The notes under the pieces are model-generated. The model was not told the DNA's origin, searched no databases, and worked only from the letters and a program-made list of their open reading frames with translations. The position numbers and the translations under genes are program-made. A DNA stretch of 64,000 nucleotides from Polyangiaceae bacterium. GTDB lineage: Bacteria > Myxococcota_A > Polyangia > Polyangiales > Polyangiaceae. Of the stretch, positions 9,477 to 19,033 are shown one piece after another. Location of the stretch: assembly GCA_035063585.1 (NCBI GenBank), contig JAPSGB010000004.1, positions 128,001 through 192,000 on the forward strand, given 5' to 3'. The first letter of the stretch is position 1, and each line of letters begins with the position of its first letter.

Positions 9477-12400
9477 TCAGCGCCGGAGCACTTGGGTGCC
9501 GTCCGCGCCGAAGATCTCCTCCGGTACCTCGGCGCTCGCGTCGAAGCGACAGCTCATGGTGCGGTATTCGACGTCCGGCGCGCCCGGCAGCTTTCGGAAG
9601 AGCCAGGCGTGCTCGAGGTCGTCGATCGGCACGAGCGCGGTCTCGTCCTTCGCGACGGGCGGCGCCGAGGACTCGAGCGGGATCCGCTCCACGCCGAAGG
9701 CCGCCACGCACGGGTGCTCCGGGGTGCCGTGCATCACGGCGAAGTCCGTGGCGAAGAGCCGTGGCGGCTCCGAGGCGTCGCTCACCAGGATCGGGTGCCG
9801 CGTGCCCTGGAAGTAGCCCTGAATGACCCGAGGCGTGCTCACGCGCTGCGTCTTGCTGCAGCGCGGCGGCAAATCCTGGTAGTCGAGCTGAGTCGGCACC
9901 GGGATCGGCGCGCCGACCAGCGCGCCATCCGCGCGCATCGGGAACACCTGGCTCGAGCGACGGACACCGTCGGCCGTCGCTTCGACCACCTGCTGCGCGG
10001 GCGTGCCATCGGCGTAGGTGGTGAGGCGAACGGCGGATTGGTCGAACGCACGCGGGTCCTTCCGCGCGAGGCTCACCGCGTCGAACGCCCAGCCATCTCC
10101 GGAGCGCCGCGCGCGAACGAACCCGGCGTCGGCGGTCAGGAAGGGCACGAACACCCCGCCGATCCGCACCAGATCCCGATGTGACGAGCCGAGGACGGAC
10201 GGCCAGGAGACGGGCGGCACGACGGTGGTCGCATGGCCATCGGTGAAGAGGGTCGGCTGCTCGTCGCTCGGCTGAGCGCGAAGCCGCACCGCGATGCCAC
10301 CCGTCACGATGCTCATGAGCGCCGGGCGAGCTACCTGCGCGCGACCGCTGCCACGCACGTAGTCGCCCGGCGCGTAGGCGCCCCCGTCGGCGATGCGCGC
10401 GTGACCGACGCGCCCTTCGACGAGGTTCGCCCAGCCGAGCTCGACGTCGCGCAGCCGCGAGCCTCCTGGGACCGACTCGGGCACCACATAGCGGAGGGCC
10501 GCCACTCCCTCGAGCTGGTACGACATCGCCACCGCCAGGCGCTCCGGCGCGCGCGAGGGCGGCAAGAGCGACACGGCCTCGACGCGCGGGCGCGCGCCGC
10601 CGGTCGCCTCGAGGATCGCGACCGACGCGGTGTCGTCGTTCGATGCGGCCGCGAACCACGCGACGTCCGCGAGCGCGGCCTGATCGACGCTCGGCAGCCT
10701 CGCGACGCCGCGGAGGCGCTGCCATCCGCCGTCATCGGTGACACACGAGAGCGCGGTCCGGAGCCGCCGCTCGGCGAGCGGCGGTAAGAGCGGCCTCGCG
10801 GGTGGGACGACGCCCTCGTCGTCGTCGGCTTGCCCGCGCCAGCCGAGCCGGGACAGCGTGTCGCCGAGCACGCAGCCGTCGACCACGCAGGCGACGCCGA
10901 CCTCGCACCGCTCCGGCTGAGCGCAGAGCGCCGCGGGCAAGCGCCCGATGGGCGTCCAGGTGCTGCCGCCGTCGAGCGACTCCCAGCCCTCGTCCGTCCG
11001 TCGCGAGATCGAGAGCGCGCGGGTCCCCGTCGCTCCGACGAGCCGGGCGTCGTCCGGCGCGCGCGCGACCGAGAGCGTGCGCCCCTCGTCGTCGGTGACT
11101 ACCAGGGTCGTGGTGGACGAGCGCGCGAGCACGAGCGCCACGCTGCCGTCCTCGGCTGCGCGCAGCGAGACGACGCGTAGCGAGTCCGAGCTCCGCTGAT
11201 AGTGCGAGCCGTAGCGCTCGTCGGCGAAGGCGTCGGTGAGGTACTCGGGCGGGAGCCCCTCGAGGTCGCGCGCGTCGAAGCGGTGGCCGCCATCGTGAGA
11301 GACGTACACGGCGAGCGCGCCGTTCTTGGTGCGCCGGCCCACGGCGTAGAGGATTCGACCATCGACGCTCGCCGCGAGCCCGAGCGCGCTCCCCCGGAGC
11401 GCCGGGGTCGCGGCCGGCGCGAGCTCGACGACCGGCGCGCGCGGCTCCCGCTCGCCAGCGGCGGCCGGCGCGCGCACGCGACCCGCGACGGTCGACTTCG
11501 GCGTAGCCCGCGCGCGACGATGAAGCACGCCGCTCGGGCTGCAGCCGCGCGCCGGTGCCTCGGGCGTCGGTGGCGCGCAGAGCCCAGTGACGATGAGCGC
11601 GCCGCTCGCGCCCGCGGCGAGCGCCAGGCTGCCGAGCTTTGCGCGGATCGGGTACGGCTCGCGCAGGAAGTGTGCACCGCCATCCGGGCTGTGCCAGAGC
11701 GTGACGCCTTGCACGGTGTCGGCGCTGTCTGCGCTGACGCACGCGACCCAGAGCTCGGCGCCGAAGCCCGCCACGCGGACGTCGGCGCAGTCGTCGAGTA
11801 CGGGGAGCGGGCGCTCCTCGAGGCGACCAGCGAAGCGGCCCGTGACCGCGATCCACTTGCGCGCGCGTGCCGTCGGACGCGCGAGCTCCAGGTAGCGCCC
11901 GCCGACGACGATGGCGCGCCCGGCGAGCAACGCCTCGGCGTCCGGGCCACGCTCGGGCGCGACCGGCAGCTTCTCGGGGCGCTTCGGCGAGTCGGCCACC
12001 GCGGGAGAGAACGAGCCCGGCGCGCTCGGACTCCAGGTACGTTGCCCGAGCATCGAGCTGACGCGGATCGCGCCGGGCGCCCCGCGCCCGAGCTCGAGCG
12101 CACCGAAGGTCGGGGCGTCGACGCGAGCCCAGCTCGCGCCGCGATCGCGAGTCGCGTAGAGGGCCTCCGGGACCGCGAGGGCCAGGCCTGCGCCCTCGTC
12201 GAGGAGGGCGACCGCAGAAAACCGCGTCGCGACCGGCCCCACCTCGTGCCACGTGGCGGCGCCGTCTGCACTCCGCACCAGCGCGCCATCACGACGGCGC
12301 ACGCCGACGATGACGTCCCCCGCGGCGGCCGCGCGCGCGAGCGGCTCGACCGGGGAAGCGGTGCGCACGAACGCGCCCGCCGGCTCGCGCGCTTCGTAGG

Positions 12401-12749
12401 CGGTGCCGCTCTCGCCGATGAAGAGCCAGCCACCCTCGGTCTTCTGGATCGAGACCAGATCCTCGGGCGCGAGCCCGGACGCCGCTACCGCGCTCTTCGC
12501 ACGCGGATCGTAGAGCCACCGCTCACCACGGCGCCCAGCGAAGAGCACGCGGCCCCCCTCGAGCTTGGTCTTCGCGAGGAGCGGCGCGGCGGCGCGCGGG
12601 TGATACCGCCACACTGCCGGCGATGGATGAGTCGGTGGCTCACCGCTCGACGCGACGAGCGGCGGCCGGCGGCGCGCGGGACCGGACGGACCACCCGCGC
12701 AGGACGCGACGAGCCCGAGCGCGACGGCGACTCCTACCCGCGCGATCAT
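9477..12749 (-). CDS. Large hypothetical lipoprotein with Asp-box/BNR repeats (probable beta-propeller)
   Basis: Lipobox VASC. Five Asp-box-like motifs: SADGAATW, TRDRGASW, SPDGGAHF, SHDGGHRF, SLDGGSTW. Confidence 0.7.
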   Translation of the reverse strand: MIARVGVAVALGLVASCAGGPSGPARRRPPLVASSGEPPTHPSPAVWRYHPRAAAPLLAKTKLEGGRVLFAGRRGERWLYDPRAKSAVAASGLAPEDLVSIQKTEGGWLFIGESGTAYEAREPAGAFVRTASPVEPLARAAAAGDVIVGVRRRDGALVRSADGAATWHEVGPVATRFSAVALLDEGAGLALAVPEALYATRDRGASWARVDAPTFGALELGRGAPGAIRVSSMLGQRTWSPSAPGSFSPAVADSPKRPEKLPVAPERGPDAEALLAGRAIVVGGRYLELARPTARARKWIAVTGRFAGRLEERPLPVLDDCADVRVAGFGAELWVACVSADSADTVQGVTLWHSPDGGAHFLREPYPIRAKLGSLALAAGASGALIVTGLCAPPTPEAPARGCSPSGVLHRRARATPKSTVAGRVRAPAAAGEREPRAPVVELAPAATPALRGSALGLAASVDGRILYAVGRRTKNGALAVYVSHDGGHRFDARDLEGLPPEYLTDAFADERYGSHYQRSSDSLRVVSLRAAEDGSVALVLARSSTTTLVVTDDEGRTLSVARAPDDARLVGATGTRALSISRRTDEGWESLDGGSTWTPIGRLPAALCAQPERCEVGVACVVDGCVLGDTLSRLGWRGQADDDEGVVPPARPLLPPLAERRLRTALSCVTDDGGWQRLRGVARLPSVDQAALADVAWFAAASNDDTASVAILEATGGARPRVEAVSLLPPSRAPERLAVAMSYQLEGVAALRYVVPESVPGGSRLRDVELGWANLVEGRVGHARIADGGAYAPGDYVRGSGRAQVARPALMSIVTGGIAVRLRAQPSDEQPTLFTDGHATTVVPPVSWPSVLGSSHRDLVRIGGVFVPFLTADAGFVRARRSGDGWAFDAVSLARKDPRAFDQSAVRLTTYADGTPAQQVVEATADGVRRSSQVFPMRADGALVGAPIPVPTQLDYQDLPPRCSKTQRVSTPRVIQGYFQGTRHPILVSDASEPPRLFATDFAVMHGTPEHPCVAAFGVERIPLESSAPPVAKDETALVPIDDLEHAWLFRKLPGAPDVEYRTMSCRFDASAEVPEEIFGADGTQVLRR

Positions 12750-12827
12750 TCGCCGGCCATCTTAGCGCCGCCCTCGCGAGGCGGCACCCGCCCCGCGTGA
12801 GCGTGACGGGTACGACCACGCTCGCGG

Positions 12828-13151
12828 TCAGCCCTCGACCAGCGCGAGCAGCTTCGCCTTGGTGGTGAGCCCGACGTGCTGCGCCGCGCGCTCGCCGTTC
12901 TTGAACACCATGACGGTGGGCACGCCGCGGATGCCGTAGCTTGCCGCCGTCTTCGGCGCCTCGTCGATGTCGAGCTTACCCACCTTCACCTTGCCGGCGA
13001 GCTCCTCGGCGACCTGCTCGACGATCGGCGACAGCGCCTTGCACGGCCCGCACCAGGTCGCCGTGAAATCCACCAGCACCGGGACGCTGCTCTTCAGCAC
13101 CTCCGCCTCGAAGTTGCCGTCGTTGAACGCGTGAATGTTCTTTCCTGCCAT
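12828..13151 (-). CDS. trxA: Thioredoxin
   Basis: 107 aa with WCGPC active site and GIRGVPT. Confidence 0.95.
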   Translation of the reverse strand: MAGKNIHAFNDGNFEAEVLKSSVPVLVDFTATWCGPCKALSPIVEQVAEELAGKVKVGKLDIDEAPKTAASYGIRGVPTVMVFKNGERAAQHVGLTTKAKLLALVEG

Positions 13152-13281
13152 GATCTTTCCCGAGATGAGGACGCTCAACATAATCACGAGCGCCCGAGAG
13201 CGAAACCCCCGCGGCGCGCGAGGAAGCGCAAGCGGCCTTCTTTCAGCAATGATTCCGCGCCGAACCGGCATCTCCTCGAGG

Positions 13282-13983
13282 CTAGCGCTTCAAGATGCCC
13301 CGGAGCTTCTCTTTCAGCTCAGAGCTCGTCCAGCGCGGCAGATCCTCGGCTTCGAAGCGCGCCTGCTCGCTCGGAGACGGGCCGAGGACGCCCTCGCGGA
13401 GCCGGCGCTTGGTCGCGGCGTAGGCGGCGGGCGGGTGCTTGCCGAGCGCGGAGAGGCGTGCGCGCGCCGCGCCGAGCGGCTCGCTCGCGAGCTCGTCGAC
13501 GAGGCCGATCTCGGCGGCGCGCGCCGGCTCGAAGAGCCCGGCGCCGAGCAGGACCTCCTCCCAGTAGCGGCGCGGGATCCGCTCCCGGGCGAGGTTGAGC
13601 ACGCGCGGCGGGAACGCGAGCCCGAGCGCGACCTCGCTCAGCCCGATGCGTGCGGCCGAGCTCGCCGTCATCACGCGAACGTCGCAGGTGAGCGCGAGCA
13701 CGCAGCCGCCGGCGATGGCGTGACCGTTCACGCACGCCGCGGTCGGGCCCGGATACGTGTAGAGGTCGAAGACGAGCTCCTCGAGGAGCGCGAGGAACCG
13801 CGCCATGCCCGGCGCGTCGAGCGAGGCGACCTCCTTCAGGTCGAGCCCGGCGCTGAAGGCGTCGCCCGCGCCGACGAGGAGCACCGGCGCGCCACCGGCG
13901 GCCCGAAGCTCGGCTCTCACCCGCTCCATGAGCGCGGTGCCCATCGCGTTCTTCCCGGGCGCTTCGAGCGTGATCGAGATCAT
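13282..13983 (-). CDS. Enoyl-CoA hydratase/isomerase family protein
   Basis: AFSAGLDL, VNGHAIAGG and IGLSEVALG crotonase motifs. Confidence 0.9.
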   Translation of the reverse strand: MISITLEAPGKNAMGTALMERVRAELRAAGGAPVLLVGAGDAFSAGLDLKEVASLDAPGMARFLALLEELVFDLYTYPGPTAACVNGHAIAGGCVLALTCDVRVMTASSAARIGLSEVALGLAFPPRVLNLARERIPRRYWEEVLLGAGLFEPARAAEIGLVDELASEPLGAARARLSALGKHPPAAYAATKRRLREGVLGPSPSEQARFEAEDLPRWTSSELKEKLRGILKR

Positions 13984-14012
13984 CGGCGCGAGCATGCTAT
14001 AAAGCCCGGCTC

Positions 14013-14732
14013 GTGTCTCGACGCGTGCGCTACGGGCTCCTCCTCGGGCTGCTCTCGTTTGGGTTTCTCGGGTTCGCGTGGTTCTTCGGCCAGAGCGCGT
14101 ATACGCTGCCCGTCGCGCTCCTCTTCGCGTGGGCGACGCTCGCGTTTCAGGCGGTCGCCACGGCCTATCTCACCGCCGAGCCGCGGCTCTTCGGCAAGAC
14201 GCCGGACGGGCGGCTACCGACGCTCCGCGCCCTGCTGCTCGGGCCATATCTGGCGCTCGCGTGGGCGGTGCGCGATCTGCTGATCACGTCGCGCACGGAC
14301 GAGGCGCCGTGGCACGAGGTGGGGCCGGGGCTCTACCTCGGTCGCTACCTGAAGCGGGCGAGCGCGCTGCCGCCCGGGACCACCTGCGTGGTCGATCTCA
14401 CCTGCGAGATGTCGAAGATCCCCGGGCTCGACCCGAGCGTCGAGTACCTCGTGGCGCCCGCCCTCGACGGCAGCCTCCCCGCGCCCGCAGAGCTCGACCG
14501 GCTGGTGACCTTGCTCACCCCGAAGGACGGCGTGCTCTACGTGCATTGTGCGGCGGGGCACGGGCGCTCGGCGGTGGTGTGCGCGGCGCTGCTCGTCACG
14601 CGCGGGCTCGTCGCAGACGTGCCCGCGGCGATCGAGCGGCTGCAATCGCTTCGCCCGCTGGTGAGCATGAACCCCGATCAGCGCGCGGAGCTCGCGCGGA
14701 CGGCGCGCGTCGTCCGCGCCGCCTCGCGCTAG
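14013..14732 (+). CDS. Membrane-anchored dual-specificity/PTP-type phosphatase (YnbD C-terminal-like)
   Basis: N-terminal TM segments, LYLGR, VVDLTCE and HCAAGHGRS (CX5R) motif. Confidence 0.85.
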   Translation: MSRRVRYGLLLGLLSFGFLGFAWFFGQSAYTLPVALLFAWATLAFQAVATAYLTAEPRLFGKTPDGRLPTLRALLLGPYLALAWAVRDLLITSRTDEAPWHEVGPGLYLGRYLKRASALPPGTTCVVDLTCEMSKIPGLDPSVEYLVAPALDGSLPAPAELDRLVTLLTPKDGVLYVHCAAGHGRSAVVCAALLVTRGLVADVPAAIERLQSLRPLVSMNPDQRAELARTARVVRAASR

Positions 14733-14804
14733 CGCTGGGGCATCACGGAAGCGGGGCATCGACGGCAGTCGAGGGCGCGCCGGGCGATGGGCACGACGTC
14801 CGTC

Positions 14805-15878
14805 TCAGAACGTCCCGGTCACGCCGGCCGACTGGAGGCCGACCCAGGGCTGGATACGCGGCGCGTGCGCGGCCTTCTCGTCGTGCTTGCCGCTCGACAG
14901 TAGAAACAGCGTGACGCCGGTCGCGATGCCGACGCCGCCCACGATGAAGCCGACCGTCGCGAGCGTCTGAGCGCTCTTCGCCGAGTCATCGAACCCGGCG
15001 GCGTCGGCGGCGTGGGGGTTCGATTTGAGGCACGGCGAGCCGCACGCCTCGAAGGCCGCGTCGGCGTCGGAGCGCTTGCTGCTCGACTGAAGCGCAAAGA
15101 GCGTCCCGGCGCCGAGCCCCACCACGCCCACGCCGAGCGCGACATATGAGCCGATGCGAAGTCCGTTGCCGCTGCTCTCCGCGCCCGAGCCGCGGTCGGG
15201 AGGGGTCGGCGGCGCGCTGCCCGGCGGCGCCGCCGGCGCGCCCCCAGCGGCAGGCGGCACGCTGGCGGAGCCGGCCGGCGCCGCGGCGTCCGCGGTCAGG
15301 ACCAGGCTCACCGACTGGCTGGCACCTGCGGCGAGCGTGACGCTCTGTGTGACCGCCGCGAAGCCCGGCGCGGTCGCCTGGAGCTGGCGCGTGCCCGGGT
15401 CGACCGGCATCGCGATTCCGACCAGCGCCGGCGGGACCTTCTCGCCGTCCACCGTGACCGCGACGGCGGCGCCGCCGGCGCCCGTGACTTGGATGGTGAG
15501 GTGCGCGATCTTCGCCTCCACGTCCTTCACCTCGGCCTCGGCGGATTGCTGCGCCTCGCGAAAGGCGGCGGGCGCCCCTGGCGCCAGCTTGTCACGGACG
15601 ATCTTGAGATAGAGCTCCTGAGCCTTCACGAGCTTGCCAAGCTTCACGCTCGCGCGCGCCATATAGAGCAGGTGCGGCGGCGCGTGGACGAGCGACTCGG
15701 CGCGCGAGAAGAGATCGATCGCTTCTTGCCATTGGCCCTTCTGGAACGCTGCGGCGCCCTGCGTCGCCGCGGCGCGCGCGCCCGCTGTCTGCTCCGCCGT
15801 CTGTGCGGAGCTGGCCGTCGTGCCGAGACCGATGACGAGAACGGCGGCGCCAAGCACGCCCGCGTGAGAAAGCTTCAT
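14805..15878 (-). CDS. Secreted TPR + PEGA-like domain protein with C-terminal TM hairpin (Polyangiales-type)
   Basis: Signal peptide, helical TPR-like segment (AIDLFSRAESLVHAPPHLLYMARA), VTVDG...PVDPG PEGA-like strand, and Gly-rich TM pair. Confidence 0.75.
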   Translation of the reverse strand: MKLSHAGVLGAAVLVIGLGTTASSAQTAEQTAGARAAATQGAAAFQKGQWQEAIDLFSRAESLVHAPPHLLYMARASVKLGKLVKAQELYLKIVRDKLAPGAPAAFREAQQSAEAEVKDVEAKIAHLTIQVTGAGGAAVAVTVDGEKVPPALVGIAMPVDPGTRQLQATAPGFAAVTQSVTLAAGASQSVSLVLTADAAAPAGSASVPPAAGGAPAAPPGSAPPTPPDRGSGAESSGNGLRIGSYVALGVGVVGLGAGTLFALQSSSKRSDADAAFEACGSPCLKSNPHAADAAGFDDSAKSAQTLATVGFIVGGVGIATGVTLFLLSSGKHDEKAAHAPRIQPWVGLQSAGVTGTF

Positions 15879-15985
15879 GGGCCCTAGAGTTATCACAACC
15901 TCGGAGGAGGGGCGCGGCTCATGGATTCGGGCGGCGCGGGCGTCCCCGCCGCCGGCCGCGCCGCTCATGCTACCCTCCCCTCCGG

Positions 15986-17074
15986 ATGCGGACGCTCGAA
16001 CTACACCTCTATACGCTCGGGTTCGCTCTGCTCGCGGCCTGCGGGAGCGCAACCGGTGAACGCTCGGGCGGGCCTGCCGGAACGGGAGGCGGCGCGGCCA
16101 CGGGTGGCGGCGCGGGCGCGCCCGCAGGCGGCGCGGCAGGCTCGGGGGCGACCGACGGCGGGATCATCGTCGACGACGATTCGGGGCCCAATGGGTCCTG
16201 CGTCCCCGACCACTCCGTCCTCACCCCGGCCGGCCCGGAGGCGGTGCTGGCGGCCGCGTACGCCTCCCTCTACACGGTGTACCACCTCGGCGCGGTGCCC
16301 GGCATGCCGCCTGGGCACCTCGGCGGGTGCACCATCGCCGCGAACGATCCGAACACCTTGCTCGTGGTCGGGGACTCGGAGAGCGAGACCGCCGGCCTCT
16401 GGGCAATCCCGGTCGCGCGCGACGCCTGCCGGCACATCATTGGCTGGAACGGCGTCGCGAAGAAGCTCGCCGACGCGCCGTTCATGGACGCGAACCTCCC
16501 CTACACCGACCAAGACGTCCTCCTCTACTCGATGTGGCCCTCGAACAAGCTCGGCCAGCTCCTGCCAGGCGCCACGAGCCCGAGCCTCGAGACCGATCTC
16601 AGCGCGCTCGGCGTGACCGACAGCCCAGGCGGGCTCGCCTTCGTGCCGAGCTACCTGCCCGCCGCCGGGCACCTGCGCGCGGTGAGCTGGCCGCTCGGCA
16701 GGTTCTTCCACCTCGAGTACTCGGTAAGTAACCCTCCGCTCCTCGATATCACCGGCGCGAGCCAGGCGGCCAAGGTGGTCGAGGGCGGCGGCTTCGCGTA
16801 CGTGCCGCCCGGCTCCCCCGGCTTCGACCAACCGAGCCTCATCATGGCCGAATGGCAGGGCCGCGCGGTGGTTACCTACGAGGTGGACGACGCCGGCGAT
16901 CCGATCGCTGGCTCGCGGAAGCCCTTCTTCAGCTCATTCCCTCAGCCTTGGGGGGCGTACTTCGAGCCCGAGACGGGCGACTACCTGTTTCTCACCTGGG
17001 TGAGCTCGCCGGATCGCGTCTACATCGTGCAAGGCTTCGAGAAGCCACCGCCGCCGCCGCCGCCACCCAAGTGA
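15986..17074 (+). CDS. Hypothetical lipoprotein (Gly-rich linker, probable beta-propeller, C-terminal poly-Pro)
   Basis: Lipobox LAAC, coding-like codon usage, ends PPPPPPPK. Confidence 0.7.
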   Translation: MRTLELHLYTLGFALLAACGSATGERSGGPAGTGGGAATGGGAGAPAGGAAGSGATDGGIIVDDDSGPNGSCVPDHSVLTPAGPEAVLAAAYASLYTVYHLGAVPGMPPGHLGGCTIAANDPNTLLVVGDSESETAGLWAIPVARDACRHIIGWNGVAKKLADAPFMDANLPYTDQDVLLYSMWPSNKLGQLLPGATSPSLETDLSALGVTDSPGGLAFVPSYLPAAGHLRAVSWPLGRFFHLEYSVSNPPLLDITGASQAAKVVEGGGFAYVPPGSPGFDQPSLIMAEWQGRAVVTYEVDDAGDPIAGSRKPFFSSFPQPWGAYFEPETGDYLFLTWVSSPDRVYIVQGFEKPPPPPPPPK

Positions 17075-17125
17075 GCAGGCGCGCCGAGGAGCGCGACGCC
17101 TCGGCGCGGGCAGCGCCACCTCGTC

Positions 17126-18064
17126 TCAGAATCGACCGCGGAGCCCGACCGAGCCCGGCCCAACGAGCGGCACCACGCGCCCGACCTGCTCCTCGCTCGC
17201 GGAGGGAGCCGTGAGGAGCAGCACCGCGCCCGCGCCGAGACCGACCACGCCGACGATGGTACCAACCGTGGCGATGTCCGCTTGCGTCTTGCCGGTGTCG
17301 TAGAGCTCACGCTCGGAGGAGGCGCAAGCGTGGTTCGGGCAGTTGGTGTCGAGGTCGGCCTTGGTCGAGTGGGCCTTCAGCGCGAACACCGCGCCGACCG
17401 CGAGCCCGACGCCTCCCACCGCCAGGCTCACGTAACCGGCGGTGCGCGCCGCCGACGAGTGGCGCGAGGTGATCGCCGCGACGGGCGCCGGCCGCGCCTC
17501 CTCGGCCGGCTCGAGCTTCACATCGATGGTGCGCGCCTCGCCGACGGCCACCGTGAAGGTGGTGTCGAACGGCTTCATCCCGGGCGCCTCGGCGTGGAGG
17601 CGGTGCGCTCCGGGCTCGAGCGCGAGCGGCGAGCTCGCTTCGACCGTGACGTCGTCGAGGGTGAGCGACGCGTCGTTCGCGCCGGAGAGGACGATGGTCA
17701 GCTTGGGCACCACCGCCGAGACCCGCTCGAGCTCGGACTTGGCCTTGCGCTTCTCACCCGCCGAGGCGCGCGGGTCGTCGATCACGCTCTCGAGCAGCGA
17801 CGCGGCCTCTCGTGGCGCGCCGGCCTTCTCCGTGACGCGCGCGAGCGCGAGCCGCAGCTTTGGCGTGTCGTTCAGCTCCATCGCGTGCTTCAGGAGGTCC
17901 CGCGCCTCGGTCCATTCTCCCTTACGCTCGTGCAGCTTGGCGTCTCGCACGGCCCGGCCAGCCGCTGCGACGTCCGCGCGTGATGGCCGAGCGCTGGCAG
18001 GCGCAGACGTCAGGGCAGCCGCGAGCGCGGCAGCCGCCAGGAATCCCTTACGCATGCGGGCCAT
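17126..18064 (-). CDS. Secreted TPR + PEGA-like domain protein (same architecture as 14805..15878)
   Basis: Signal peptide, TPR-like helices, LEPGAHRLHAEAPG PEGA-like segment, and C-terminal GYVSLAVGGVGL...LRGRF. Confidence 0.72.
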   Translation of the reverse strand: MARMRKGFLAAAALAAALTSAPASARPSRADVAAAGRAVRDAKLHERKGEWTEARDLLKHAMELNDTPKLRLALARVTEKAGAPREAASLLESVIDDPRASAGEKRKAKSELERVSAVVPKLTIVLSGANDASLTLDDVTVEASSPLALEPGAHRLHAEAPGMKPFDTTFTVAVGEARTIDVKLEPAEEARPAPVAAITSRHSSAARTAGYVSLAVGGVGLAVGAVFALKAHSTKADLDTNCPNHACASSERELYDTGKTQADIATVGTIVGVVGLGAGAVLLLTAPSASEEQVGRVVPLVGPGSVGLRGRF

Positions 18065-18112
18065 GTTCTCAAGCCCGGGGCGCGCTCGCAACCGTTCCGC
18101 TCGGCGCGCAGC

Positions 18113-18655
18113 TCAGTTGTCGAACTTGAGCGAGTTTCCCTCGGCGTCCCGCATCTTGCCCATGCCGATGATGATGCGGTCGATCAGCGCCCAGAACCCG
18201 AGCCCGCCGAACGTGAAGAGCTTCAAGAGCCCGAGCCCCGTCTGCCCCAGGTAGAAGCGATCCGCGCCGAACATGCCGAGGAAATACGAGAGGAGGAACG
18301 CCACCGACTGGCTCCGGGTCGGGTTTCCGACCGGCGGGTCGCGAGCCAGCACGAGCCCTTCGGCGTCGCGACGCGCGCCCAGGCCAGTCACGATGGCGTC
18401 GATCATCGACCAGATCCCGCAGCCGCCGAGCGTGAAGAGCTTCAAGAGCCCGAGCCCCGTCTGCCCCAGGTAGAAGCGGTCGACACCGAACGCGCCGAGC
18501 AGCAAGGACAGGAGAAAGACGGTCGCCTGGTCCTTGCTCGACGAGCGCGTGAGGCCGCCGGAGCCGGACTGCCACGCCGGCGTGACGATCGGCGGCGCGC
18601 CGTAGGGACCGGGCCCGCCCCACCCACCTCCTGACGAGTATCCACCGCCGCTCAT
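18113..18655 (-). CDS. Tandem TM2-domain membrane protein
   Basis: Two copies of LG(A/M)FG(V/A)DRFYLGQTGLGLLKLFT. GAGGAG RBS before ATG 18655. Confidence 0.9.
   Translation of the reverse strand: MSGGGYSSGGGWGGPGPYGAPPIVTPAWQSGSGGLTRSSSKDQATVFLLSLLLGAFGVDRFYLGQTGLGLLKLFTLGGCGIWSMIDAIVTGLGARRDAEGLVLARDPPVGNPTRSQSVAFLLSYFLGMFGADRFYLGQTGLGLLKLFTFGGLGFWALIDRIIIGMGKMRDAEGNSLKFDN
18212..18478. repeat. Perfect 48-bp direct repeat inside the TM2 gene (18212-18259 and 18431-18478)
   Basis: cgtgaagagcttcaagagcccgagccccgtctgccccaggtagaagcg occurs twice, 219 nt (73 codons) apart. Confidence 0.9.
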
Positions 18656-19033
18656 GTCGTGCTCCTCGCTCCCTCGTGAACTTGCGGCGAACCGGCCCCG
18701 CGCCCCGAGCGCGAGGGTGCCGCTCGGCGCGCCAGCTCGATCGCCCGCTCGATCTAGCATGGCACGCTCGCCAAACCTCCCAATTCCTCACGCCGGAGCC
18801 GTTACGTCCGCTCGACGCCGCGCGACCGGGCGGGCTCGGGTGTCCGAAGGCGTCGCACGCAGCGCGCAGCGCGCTGGCCACCGGCGAGCGACGCGGTACC
18901 CGGCGCTACCGGCGACGGGCGCGCCGCGTCCCGAGCACGCGAGCGTCATGATGGGTCGGGGAGGCGCGGCCGGCGGCGCGCGCCGGTCACGGTTCCCGAA
19001 CCCTTTCCCTCACGCTAGGCTCGAACCGAGCCG

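Noticed and set aside
18656..19033. 378-bp intergenic region as a riboswitch or ncRNA
   Set aside because: GC-rich pairings are present, but I recognise no family consensus. A covariance-model search would be needed.
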